A DNA stretch of 64,000 bases from Asterionella formosa (taxonomy: Eukaryota): NCBI GenBank assembly GCA_002256025.1, contig NKIB01009067.1:1-64000 (forward strand). Direction: 5' to 3'. The first letter of the stretch is position 1. Each line of letters begins with the position of its first letter. The position numbers were made by a program, and so were the translations under genes. This document shows, piece by piece, positions 38,875 through 49,984 of the stretch. The notes under the pieces were generated by a model that worked only from the letters and a program-made list of their open reading frames with translations, was not told the origin of the DNA and ran no database searches.

Positions 38875-39855
38875 TTAACAGAAGAGACGTAATAAAGTCA
38901 ACTCAGTGCAATGAGGGCAATCGACATTGTCGTCACGATTTGCAACAATGTATCCAGCTTTCAAAAGGCTCAAGTTCAAATTGAACATATCAATCTCATG
39001 CTTCCAATCAACTTGATACCCATTGACAACACTTCCAGGAAATCCCATTTGAGTTTGATAATGCACTTCAACAAGGATTTGCATTGGTGTTGAAACCAAA
39101 TCAGTGGACGATAATATGGAATCAAAAGCGTCAAACTCATAGCCTTCAATATCCATTTTGAACAGGTCAATTTGCCTATGACCATGCTTTGCCGCGAGCT
39201 GGCCAAGAGTATAAAAGTTCTTGTCAGAAGATGTACCCAAACATTCGTAATGGAAAAATAGACGATCAGAAGGTGGAACATTGAATCTGCTTTGATCTCC
39301 AGTACAGTCGAATGTATGGATTTCGCAAGACGTCTTCCTCAGCATGTCAAGCTCGAATTGCCATAGATTATTGCCACCAATGCTGTATACTACGCAGGGT
39401 TCACGAAGAGTCTCCATGCCACAAATAATCTTGCCGGTATCACTCCCACATTCGCCTCCAACACATGTTGGGTTGCAATCGACAGCTTTGTGAAATGGAC
39501 GAAAACGGTTATGGTCGTAATTCGTTTGAGGATCCACAGAAATTTGTTCTCTATCCCATGCAGTTGCCAGAACAAGACTTTCGTATCTGGTTATCATTTC
39601 TTTTTCAGATTCTTTGATAGAGGCAAGGAAAGGATTTCGCTTGCAAATAGATGCCTCAAGGTCGGAATTTACAAGTCCGCTTTCGGCAGTAACCATCCCA
39701 GTCGTTGACAAATCTTTGATTTGTATAGATCGTGGGTCGGTCATCAGTCGTCGCCTGGTATATTTAGGGCCATTACTTTCCTCAATAACGGAGAGCAAGA
39801 CGAAGCTGGCTCCAACCAGAGCGAGAATACCTGCACACGCTGTTTTGCCGATCAT
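38875..39855 (-). CDS. METTL24/FkbM-like SAM-dependent methyltransferase; paralog 2, located inside the Gypsy element
   Basis: Intact ORF highly similar to 24041-25033 (CVVYSIGGNN, IDLFKMDIEGYEF, QILVEVH, CPHCTELTL). Confidence 0.88.
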   Translation of the reverse strand: MIGKTACAGILALVGASFVLLSVIEESNGPKYTRRRLMTDPRSIQIKDLSTTGMVTAESGLVNSDLEASICKRNPFLASIKESEKEMITRYESLVLATAWDREQISVDPQTNYDHNRFRPFHKAVDCNPTCVGGECGSDTGKIICGMETLREPCVVYSIGGNNLWQFELDMLRKTSCEIHTFDCTGDQSRFNVPPSDRLFFHYECLGTSSDKNFYTLGQLAAKHGHRQIDLFKMDIEGYEFDAFDSILSSTDLVSTPMQILVEVHYQTQMGFPGSVVNGYQVDWKHEIDMFNLNLSLLKAGYIVANRDDNVDCPHCTELTLLRLFC

Positions 39856-41757
39856 GATATATCCTAAAGAATTTTGATCTGAAGGCAACCGGTAAATTTA
39901 TGATCAATAAGATATTCAGTTGAAATGACAATTACGAAGTTGAGGTTGTGTGTTGAACAGTATGTATTACCGGTATATGAAGTCTCCCCTATGTCTATTA
40001 TTTCTTGCTGTCGCTCAATTGAGAGATTGAAAAGCCTGCGTCATTGTTAGGGTTAGCATGGATGTCGAATCCTGACGATACGCATGGATCGATACTTCAC
40101 AAACCTATATAGAAAACGTCATCAAAAAGGAAGGAATTAAGCAAGAGTATTTAGGCCGGTGTGTTGTGTATCATGTTTAATGCCAATATAATATTAGTAT
40201 TCTCTATGCGTGCACATTCTATGTGCCAGGTAGACTCCCTGGTACCCCATACCAGGTGCCTCATTGTTGGTAAGAGCCGTCTTTTACCACAACTTCCTGG
40301 CACCCGGAAGCAAATTTGATTGAATTATGACACCCGGGTTGGTGTGTCGTTATGTATTGCCACTCTACCGGTACCTGGTACTCCAACCTGCAAGTTGCGG
40401 TAATTTTGCTATATCTATTTCCACGTACGACTTCGTAACGGCAATACTGATTCCAATTTCAAATCATTAATACGTGTGTCCCTTTTTGATATCCGCTTAA
40501 TAAACCAACCTGACCGGCTTGTTGTTCCCATATATATTTAGCTTTAATCTGATTTAGCCTAAAAATTGAGACCAATCTGTTTAGCTAATTCTGCCATTTG
40601 CTTCTCATTCATTTTACTTAAAGTAGGACCGTTTTGCTTAAAGTAGGGTCACATTAAAAATTTTACTATTGTTTCATGTCGCTATTATGTAGAATGCACA
40701 CTTTTTGGCCAAGTTTAAAGGCGAGTTTAGAAATCACTTTTATAGTACTACAGTGGCAATCATCAAAACTCGTAGTATAGCGGCTACAGTCACTTCCGGG
40801 TACCGATAGTCAATAATAGAGTCTTTTCACGGCACCCCTTCACCGTGACAAAAGTGTTGACAAAACCGGCAACACAGACCGAATCAGTCCAGTGAAACCA
40901 ACACAGAAATTGGCGGCATGACCAGACTCAAAAGAGAACGAAAGCAAAGCATGCACATCAAAATTGGATCGACTAACAGCGATGAATACGAAAAAGCGCA
41001 TTGGCGGTGAATCAAAAGCAAAACAAAGACACAACGACTACAGCAGAGCACAATAAGACAGTAACGGAGTTCATGGTCACCGCATCCAACGACATGGATG
41101 CCGAAGCGGCATCAAAGAAGGAAACCAGAGACAAAAGACGAAAACAACACACAATTCAATTCACTCCAAATGCAAAGAAGACTACAACTACATCTGTGGA
41201 GATCAAGACCGACATGAATGACAAACATAAGAAAGTATGGAACACCCAAGAGAGACACAAACAACTCACTAAAACAAGAGCCCAAATCAAGGACAAGAGT
41301 ACACCAGCATCAGAAGAAGCAGACAACGACCAATCAAAAGAGGAGAGCCACTACAACAGCAAACAGGTGGACAACAGAGCACACTTTCCAGGACTACAAT
41401 CAAGGGCCACCAATAAAATTTTGGAAGCAGAAACCGAGCGATATATTAACAATCAAATGAAGCAGGAGACCATTAGAACGCCACACCAACCAAATGATTG
41501 CAGGTAAAAGCAACAAAGACACCAAAAATGTCAATGAAAGAATACAATTTTTGCATGAAAGTGTCCGAAAATGCATAAACCGTCAGTCACCAGGGGAGTT
41601 TGCGATCAATTCTGCAATGCGAAGTTTTTATTCGCGTAAAGAACAAGCAGCGTATTTTTGTAGCACTGAAAGCATGTCTATAGTAAACTGTCAAATGACC
41701 TTATCAAGATTCCATAGAAATATGGACCACGAGAATTAGTGCTTACATGAAAATCAC

Positions 41758-42036
41758 TACAAAATTGACGAAGAGGAATTTGTTGCATCTTGAAATGTTG
41801 TACCCTCTCCAAGAATACTGTCGCTCAAGTTTTTTCATCTATTTCTACAAAACATAGAAAACCTTATCTAGTCGAAGTTACCAAGCTAATCACCACTGAC
41901 TCAACACTGTCTCGTTTCTGGTCATATCTTCAAAACTGAACAAACGACGACCAAAAACAACTTCCAGCGCCGATTTCAACTTTTTGTTGTCAATACTAGT
42001 GAAAAAAATGTATTATTGAACGATATTCTCGTCTAT
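41758..42036 (+). repeat. Family D terminal segment, copy 1
   Basis: Near-identical to 45000-45278 and similar to the reverse complement of 56600-56884. Abuts the resumed Gypsy integrase. Confidence 0.85.
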
Positions 42037-42044
42037 AAAATATT

Positions 42045-42425
42045 GTGGATACATGTTTTGCAGCTGCATCATATGCAGATCGAACTAATATTCATAGTAT
42101 ATTACGTATTTCACCAGCAGGCGCATGGGTTTTTCAACGTGATATGATATTAAATATTCCTTTGATTACAGATTTACAATTAATACATCAACGTCGACAG
42201 GTTATAATCAACGAACGCATACGTCGCGTTAATTTCCGTCGTCGATCTTATGATTACAAAGTGGGTGATGAGATTTTAATACTTTTGGATAATCCTACTA
42301 CTTTGGATGATCGTGTACGAGGTCCTCATACTATTTATTCAAGTACATACCAATGGTACAGATACTTTTCAACGCACTATGCATATTACAGAAAAAATTA
42401 ATATTCGTCGTATCAAACCTTTTCA
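42045..42425 (+). pseudogene. Gypsy integrase C-terminal remnant
   Basis: RTNIHSILRISP..WVFQRDMILNIP...DYKVGDEIL...GPH and INIRRIKPF, upstream of the PPT. Confidence 0.85.
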
Positions 42426-42458
42426 TAAGTAAAAGGTTTTCCCTCAAGTGTGGGAGAG

Positions 42459-42623
42459 TGAGCGATCTTGCACATCGATACAGATGTATACAGGGTTATG
42501 GTTATATCAGAACCCGACTAACATCTATTGTAGACTTTGATGTCAACTTGGGAAACAAGTTGTATTTAAGACTAATTAGCTCATATATTCAACAAATACT
42601 ACTACTTCTAGTTAGATACTTCA
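42459..42623 (+). repeat. Gypsy 3' LTR (TG..CA)
   Basis: Follows the PPT; followed by the CCAGG TSD. Confidence 0.88.
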
Positions 42624-42814
42624 CCAGGTACCAGGTACCAGTAATTATATTATATGTATATGATAATATGTATATGATAACATAAATAACAGGACAATTG
42701 GTATTAAATTATCTGGCTGAGTGCGGCCAGAGTTAGATATTCTTTATTGGGTTGAGTAGAATGCATTGAAAAATACATTACCTACCAATATAATATAATA
42801 TTTGATAATGTTAT

Positions 42815-43213
42815 TTATTGACTACAAACAAAGAGGTATTCAATTCCATAGTAGTGGTACTTATAATTGTTACTACTATTCTGCTCGTCTGAAGCAAGCG
42901 TTGCGCCTAATGCGCGATCGCTTACTTCTGTACACTCAAGTTGTGCGGCATACAGATGATCACGAAAATAATCGAGAAGAATGGGCGACTTGTGATTTAG
43001 ACCACGAGTAATGAACTGTGCGGCAATCTGATCAATCTTGATCTTAATCCAGACCTCATCCTCCAAAATGGATTCGAAGTATTCAGGTAAAGGAGAAGTA
43101 TTGTGCCAAGGAACGACTTTCTTGATTTCGGAAGGCTTCCGGGCATGGTCGAGAACTGATTTATTGGAGACCCTGTCGTACACATTGACCAACGCTTTGG
43201 CCTTCGTGTACAT
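42815..43213 (-). CDS. Hypothetical protein or gene fragment (132 aa)
   Basis: ATG-initiated ORF with protein-like composition; no recognised motif. Confidence 0.25.
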   Translation of the reverse strand: MYTKAKALVNVYDRVSNKSVLDHARKPSEIKKVVPWHNTSPLPEYFESILEDEVWIKIKIDQIAAQFITRGLNHKSPILLDYFRDHLYAAQLECTEVSDRALGATLASDEQNSSNNYKYHYYGIEYLFVCSQ

Positions 43214-44999
43214 CTAAGCTGCGAAATACGCCACTTTTCAATATTTGTTCTACCTAGGAGTGTTAATTATGTGGTACTTCACATGAATTAATGCTACTCT
43301 TCCCGTAGAAAAGGCTAATTCATTTACGACATGCATCTTCCTTTGGTACCGGCTATGATACATACTACCAGTACCAGGTACTTGGTACCTTGGGTCTTTT
43401 GACGCTGCACTCAGACATACTAACAAATAGCTATACTTTATGGTACCACCAGGTACTCCTGGTTGGTAAGAACCAGGTCGTCGTTACAAGTGTGAGACTG
43501 TAGGTTCGCCCCACCAGTATTTCCGTCTTCCCCTTCTTGTTACTACAATAGGAATTATGCTGTTTGTACTGTGAAACTGTACTCATTTCTACGTGCGTAC
43601 TGTGGAACTGTAGGTGGCTTTGCCCTACCAGCATTCCCATATTCCCCTTGTTACAATAGAATATGGATTTCGTACTGTGAATATATTAAGAGTAACCATT
43701 GGCTGTGTCCTCTCCTTCTTGTCATATTTGTTTTAGGTCACACTTGTACTAGCATCAGAATTTGTCCCGACAAAGTAAGACTGCGCCAGGTTTTTTCGTG
43801 TAGATTGTAGGTTCTGTTGGTACAAAGATGAAGTCATGGCTGCACCAGGATTTTTTGCCCCCTCTGAATTCATAAAGACAACATTTAACCACCACCGTGC
43901 ACAATATGTTTTCAACATGGGGACGACCCTTATAACCAGCATTCCCGTTCTAGCTTTTCAGCGCCTCACCGTTAACAAGTCCTTCATCAGCCAAGAACTC
44001 ACATATTGTTTGTTGCAACAACAGAAGGTGGAATGATGCAACATTGAGATCGTGAGCAATCAATGCTTTTAAGGTAAGATTTATTTGCTTACTATTTTTG
44101 CTATCATATCACCAAGTGAAGGATAACTCATACTGAGAATGCTGTTGTTTTCAAAATTCATTTTACATTTGAACAGGCCTTTTCAGAAAAGCAGTTTTCT
44201 TTGGAAAGCATGAGTGATAGAAGGCAGGTGAAATGATACAAATGGAGATCCGCAATGGAGTCCTTTCAAGGTAAGCTCAATCTTCAGTTTTTGTCATTGT
44301 ATCAGCAAAGCGAGTGATAAAACACATAGTTCTGTTATTGTTGTCTACATTTATTTTACATTTTAGCCGTCCATGTCACAACAGGAGCATTCTTTTGAAC
44401 GCATTAGTGAGCTGTGGTGCTGCCTGGTTGTTGCCGGTTTGTTGTTTCAATTTGACTGCCCAGATGAACAGTTGAATACTACGACATGTGTGTGTTGCTT
44501 TCTACTGTTGCTAGTTCTAACATATGAATTACTGACACACTGTTGTTATGTAAATCGTTGCAGGTCAATGAAGAAGTCATTTCAAGGACAAGGTGGAAAC
44601 CAGTGTGTGATGCATTCATGTTGCAAATTCGTACAATGATGCCTGTTCAAGAATGAATAATTTTTCCCTTCTGAATGAACGGCTTCTCTTCGTCTTGCAA
44701 TGTCCTTACAAATGTCTCATAATGCATGCCTTCTCAAAACTTAAGATTCCTTTCTGATAGAACTGTTTTGTTTGATTGCATATCGAGATATGTTTCCCAT
44801 GTAATGTGAAATACCGGTAGTTGAATTAGGAATCAACATTATTTGATAGTACTTTTAACTTACATAAACAAATTTAATAGATTACGTGAACTATAGTATA
44901 GAATTACGTGAACAAAATTTTAAGGCAATGTGAACTAAATTACAGAATTAATTGAAGTATTTCAAATAATTTCGTGAAGGTGATCACATAATATAGTGA

Positions 45000-45278
45000 T
45001 ACAAAATTGACGTAGAGGCATTTCTTGCATCTTGAGATGCTGTGCCCTCTCTGAGAATACTGTCGCTCAAGTTTTCTCATCTATTTCTACAAAACATAGA
45101 AAACCTTACCTTATCAAGCTAATTACCGCGGACTCACTACTGTCTTGTTTCTGGTCATATCTTCAAAACTGAACAAACGACGACCAAAAACAACTTCCAG
45201 CGCCGATTTCAACTTTTTGTTGTCAATACTAGTAAAAAAAATGTATTATTGAACGATAATCTCGTCTATGTTAGTCTA
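45000..45278 (+). repeat. Family D terminal segment, copy 2 (ends CTCGTCTATGTTAGTCTA)
   Basis: Aligns with 41758-42036. Confidence 0.85.
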
Positions 45279-46139
45279 CATACACGTGTGAAAAATAGGA
45301 ATTGTTCATTGTCAATATTCGTGAAGATACTATTCAAATCAATAATTTCGTCATGGTCAAGATGGAGTTGCTGTCTCATTGACCCCATACCACAGGCAGC
45401 TGTACAAAGACAGATTCAAGAAAGAAAGGAAGTACCCAGTAGTATGTATGCCAAGCATATATAGTCTGTAACGCTATATATAAGGAATGTACAAAGTACA
45501 AACAAGGTTTGTTGTATGTATGATGTGTTCCATGTCGAAAATGTAAGTACATCTGATACATTATGCATCTGATTTCTTGACAAAATGTACAATCTTCAAT
45601 AAACTAAGTAAAAAGAGTTTTTTTTAGCTAGGAAAAGTTTCTATAATTGATAGAAATTAATATTGATTTGCTACAAATTTAGTCAAAAGAGTAATCCCGA
45701 GTTCCCCCATCTAACTCATTATGCATTTTCGGAAACTTTTATGCAAAAAGTGTAATGGACTGCAACAACTTACCATTCATGCAACCCAATTGGTAAGTGA
45801 GTAGAAAAGGATTCTAGCAATGAGAGGATCTCATTTATCCTGAACTGTTGAACCCAACTCTGTATGCTTTGGCAAACCATTTGAAACAATGGTGGTCGCC
45901 TGGCAGTTGCCGTTCTTGCAACTAAACTGCTAGGAGGGAGCAAAGAATAGTTGTTCTTGTTCCTTAATGGGGACTGAGTAACCCCAGAAACACCAATTTG
46001 AGAAACAGCAGAGACATCCATCCTAATATCCTCATCTTTGCTGGCAAACTCATCAGCACCAGTGTCATCTTCATTTTTTCCCTCCTCCCCCCCTTTCTTC
46101 TGGTTGAGTCTATTGTTGTTTTTGTCGGTGACAGTGATG

Positions 46140-46396
46140 TTCGAGCAGCCTTGGTGAGGAAGGGAAGCCCTCCCTGGATGGTCTCCTTTGACTGGGAGAA
46201 GATGAAGACACGGTCGAAATCTAAAAGCGATGACAATCAATGTATTGAGGAGGTTGATTGGTATGTAACGATATGCATAACTATTTCGGTAAGAGCAAGC
46301 CATTTCGAGTATGAGCAGCCTAGCAAGTCTTGACATATTCCGGGCAAATTTTTTGTAGTCATTCATGCTTCTATATAATGCACTGTTATTTATAAC
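46140..46396 (+). repeat. Dispersed repeat E, copy 1
   Basis: Aligns with ~59610-59890 (AGGGAAGCCCTCCCTGG...GGTCGAAATCTAAAAGCGATGAC...TATTTATAAC). Confidence 0.85.
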
Positions 46397-47390
46397 TTTA
46401 AAAAATGTGTTGTGAGAGTGACTGGTGATGGGAAATTAAGATATTATATACTGGTATTAGTCTATCTAAAAGTAGATGAAGAGTTTGATGTTAACAGTCA
46501 GAAGGTAAATCATATATACCAGTACAATTGTGATCAAGGAAGGGTTTGCATTGCTTCTTGAAGGAATTGTCATGAATCATATTCAATATATTCATAATGT
46601 ATATCCTGAATAACACACTTTTTTCCACCAAATACAAAGGCGAGTTTCCGAAAGACCTACAGTACTACAGCGCTGATCACAGAATTTGGTGGTATTCAAG
46701 CTACAGGGACCTCCGGGTCCCAATAGCCAATGATGAAACTAAAAATGACGGAAGGCGCTATCCAAGCAGCCAACCAAGCAAAGAAGGAACAAGTCATTCA
46801 TGTGGGCCAGAACCATAAGATAGGAATGAAATCCGATAGAAAGAGAATGCAGAAAGACGAGGAGGGGATGGAAAAGCAGACAAAGCTTATTGCAGGAGCA
46901 GTGAAAGCGGTGATTGGATGGATGTTGATTTGGCGTTTGACACAAACACTACAGTTGTGGAATTCATGGCAATGATGGTATTAACACAACGCAAACAGAA
47001 GAAGAACCAGGCAAAGGCAGCAATACAAGAAAAGAAAAAGGAGAATGTTTACCCCTTTTTGACTACAGTGAGCGCTATTACAGTGCAAAAAGCAAGAAGA
47101 ATGCAAGAATGACGATGTGCTAAACATTGACGAGAACAAAGAAGAAGACAGAGAAATAAAGGAGTGACTGATGAAGAAATTGCACCAGAGCTGAATGTGC
47201 TGCTCAAAGCAATAAATTTTTGAGATCACGAAGACAATGAAGCCAATGAAGAAAATGAGAAGAGAAAGACAAAAGCAATGAGTTGGAAGCCCTGGAATCA
47301 CCAATTGTCATGGATACTTCAAATTGAACCAACAGAAGTGGGTCAAAATGGAAATCTTTAACCCAATCCACACTCACCATCCAATTCTTA

Positions 47391-47583
47391 GGCTGACATG
47401 ATAAATGCAGTCACAGAGAACTGAACCAAGAACAAAGCTACCACAAATCTTTCTAAATTACTTCCACACAAAGAAGTGACTACCACCCAAACCTTTCCAC
47501 CATCCCACCTTATTTGGGGCCATGGAGTGCAATGACAGCAACTCTAGAAATAGAATAGTAAGAATACGCTATAGAAATGATTA
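47391..47583 (+). repeat. Dispersed repeat F, copy 2
   Basis: Aligns with 16993-17185. Confidence 0.7.
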
Positions 47584-47643
47584 ATACTTATCCTGAATAA
47601 TACAATTTCTTATTATATAAAAATAATAATAATAAGATGAATA

Positions 47644-47760
47644 TTGAAACTCATGTATGTTGGGACACCATCATCAGACATTATGACAAAGATCTTCTTG
47701 CAGGGACTACAAGAACATTTTCAAGGTCACAGCATGGGAACAACAGATGTTGCGGAAGAG
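47644..47760 (+). pseudogene. Copia RNase H C-terminal scrap
   Basis: LKLMYVGTPSSDIMTK resembles the Copia YVxT...ADIxTK motif. Confidence 0.35.
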
Positions 47761-48017
47761 AAAGCTGAAATGGATAAAGAAGGTAGACTGCTCGAGAAAC
47801 GCAACACACAGCAATGGTCTGGGTACCAGCTTGTAAATGTTTCTGAATTTTTTAAGACGAGAAACATATTCAATCACAAATGTACGAACGTGTATAGCTA
47901 GCTCCTTGACTACTATTTTGCATCCTTTTTTCATGTACTGAGTTATTGCCTTCGTAGCAACTGATTGGATGCCATTTTTTCTCCTAACCTAAAAGTATCG
48001 ACGTTGTACGGCATAGC

Positions 48018-49013
48018 CTACTCAAGGATTTCCGTACAGAAGAACGCGCTGGTCGGATCCACGGTTCTCAAATCCAGCTTAATTCCTTGACCCTGCGTCG
48101 CTGACATGTAGGCACTCAAAAAGTAAACTGCATTTTTACTCGGCTTTTTCTCTTTTCCAAGAAGTTCTGGTTTCGCGCTTTGAATTGCCCCCAGAACAGT
48201 TTGCATATTCAACATCAATTTTTCGTGTCCAAAACTAGCCTTGCCTACTGCAAGGTGTACAGTTCCCTCCTTGTCTGTCCTATAAAGCAGCTGTCCTGCC
48301 AATTGGTCTTTCAAAACTTTGGGCAATTCCTCTGGCCTATTCACCAACGTCCCAACCTTGGCATTGGGCATGAGTCCACGTGGTCCTAACACGCGTGCCA
48401 ACTTTTTCGTCAAGTATCCAGACATTTCTTGCGATGCCATGGCTCTGTCAAAGTCCAGAGGAATGTCCCCACTCACCAACCGATCTACCAATTCTTCTCC
48501 ACCGGCATGCTTTGCTCCGTCTTCGAGTGCTACCTTACAAATGTTGGGGTCGGAAGAAAAGACAACACATCTGACAATTTTGCCAGAACCAAAGGGAAGG
48601 GAAACAGCCCCTCGCAAGGCTTGACCTGGCTTGCGTGGATCAAGATTTAGATTCAAGGCGAGTTCGACAGTTTCGTCTTGATTTCGGTAGGGACCATCGT
48701 CCTATGTGCGAGTAAATAATGTAGGTATTGTTTTTGATGAGTTGGAAAGTGAATTCATGGCGCCCGGGCACATTGTTGCGCATACGTGTTCTTTCTGCAT
48801 AAAACGTACCTTGATTTTGCCCTGTCTGGCTCGTTCTTCCTTGTTTCTTTCCCATTTTTTAGCTCGCTTAATCAGTCGTTCTTCTGTTCCCTTAAGTACT
48901 TCCTTGAGAGCATCGATAATCGGAAATACGGGCGTTGGCTTTGGATGCGCTCGTGTGACATAATGTCTGAGCTGCCTCGTTCGTTGCAGCAGTAGAGAAG
49001 AAGAAGATAACAT
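48018..49013 (-). CDS. MRPL1: Organellar (probably mitochondrial) ribosomal protein uL1; exons 49013-48810, 48701-48018
   Basis: DETVELALNLNLDPRKPGQALRGAVSLPFG, LARVLGPRGLMPNAKVGT, SATQGQG. Ser/Arg-rich presequence; GT-AG intron 48809-48702. Confidence 0.92.
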
Positions 49014-49984
49014 TCTTGATGGTAGGAAAGTTTATGATCACGAAAAACGTATTCGCATGTGATGGAAATAAGTTAGACACTATTTTGAGTTAGTTGCAAT
49101 GCAAATGAAGGGGAAACAAAACAGTGATGGCCGCTTCAATGCATCATGGTTAATTATCGTTAACTGTCAAAATAGAGCAAGGAAGAGGAATCATATGCGG
49201 CTGGCCGCATGTGATGAAGTAGAGGATGCCAGATACCGGTACCCTACATAGTACCAGTACCAGTAACCGGTACCAGGAAGGTCCGGTAAATGAGATATTT
49301 AGCTTAACCTTTTCTTAAGTGTTTTACCTGACCTTCCCAGGGTACCATGTTACTCTCCCTACCTGGTGCCTGGTACCAGGTACCAGACACAGGTACCAGC
49401 ACGCCATAGGAGGCCAGTAAGCATGAGAAATGGCAAATTTACGATGAACAACCACATCATACCTAGGCACATGTAGGTACTCCTACGTAATAGTTAGTAT
49501 GGTACTATACACATCATTATTATTAGCCACTGCGAGTGTCCGAGCATCATTTTCGTTGATAGGTAATATCGTACGGTTAATCAGAAACAGGTCATGAGCT
49601 TTCATGCTCCGTCTGGTCAAGGCAAAACCATCAATAAAAATCTTGGATGTGCACTTCATCGTCGTGGACCAGCACCTGAAACATGCATCATAGCATATAC
49701 CGATAGCGGTATCGCTTTAGTATACCGCCGGTGACGCATATACCGGTATTTGTTCATTACCATTTAAACTATTGCCCTCACATCAAATGCCATATGTAGC
49801 GAAATGTTGCTTTTATTTCATGTTATTACGGTAAGCAGGTACTGGTAGTAACAGGCAGTCAAAACAGAGGGAGAAGAAGGCAAAGGATGAATGGATGCAT
49901 TCTTGACAACTAATAATCTGGTGTGAAACGTTTTGTCTGGATGAAACACGAAATTCATACAATAGCCACTATACATTTACTATC

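Larger units (their letters stand above)
30528..42623 (+). mobile_element. Ty3/Gypsy LTR retrotransposon (decayed), interrupted by a ~7.3-kb insert at ~34750-42040
   Basis: LTRs 30528-30752 and 42459-42623; 5-bp TSD CCAGG (30523-30527 and 42624-42628); PPT GGGAGAG; PR-RT-RH-IN domain order. Confidence 0.9.

Noticed and set aside
24041..39855. Idea that the methyltransferases are DNA methylases acting on GGTACC/CCWGG (restriction-modification or HIP1-like pairing)
   Set aside because: They have N-terminal membrane anchors and METTL24/FkbM motifs, with no PC/ENV or (D/N)PPY DNA-methyltransferase motifs. The 62238-63242 enzyme is a protein lysine methyltransferase type.
40840..41507. K/T/Q-rich 168-aa ORF
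   Set aside because: AC-skewed low-complexity sequence typical of decayed retroelement leaders; non-ATG start and no motif.
45770..47304. Several 100-200-aa ORFs
   Set aside because: They overlap dispersed repeat E and low-complexity sequence, with no coherent gene model.
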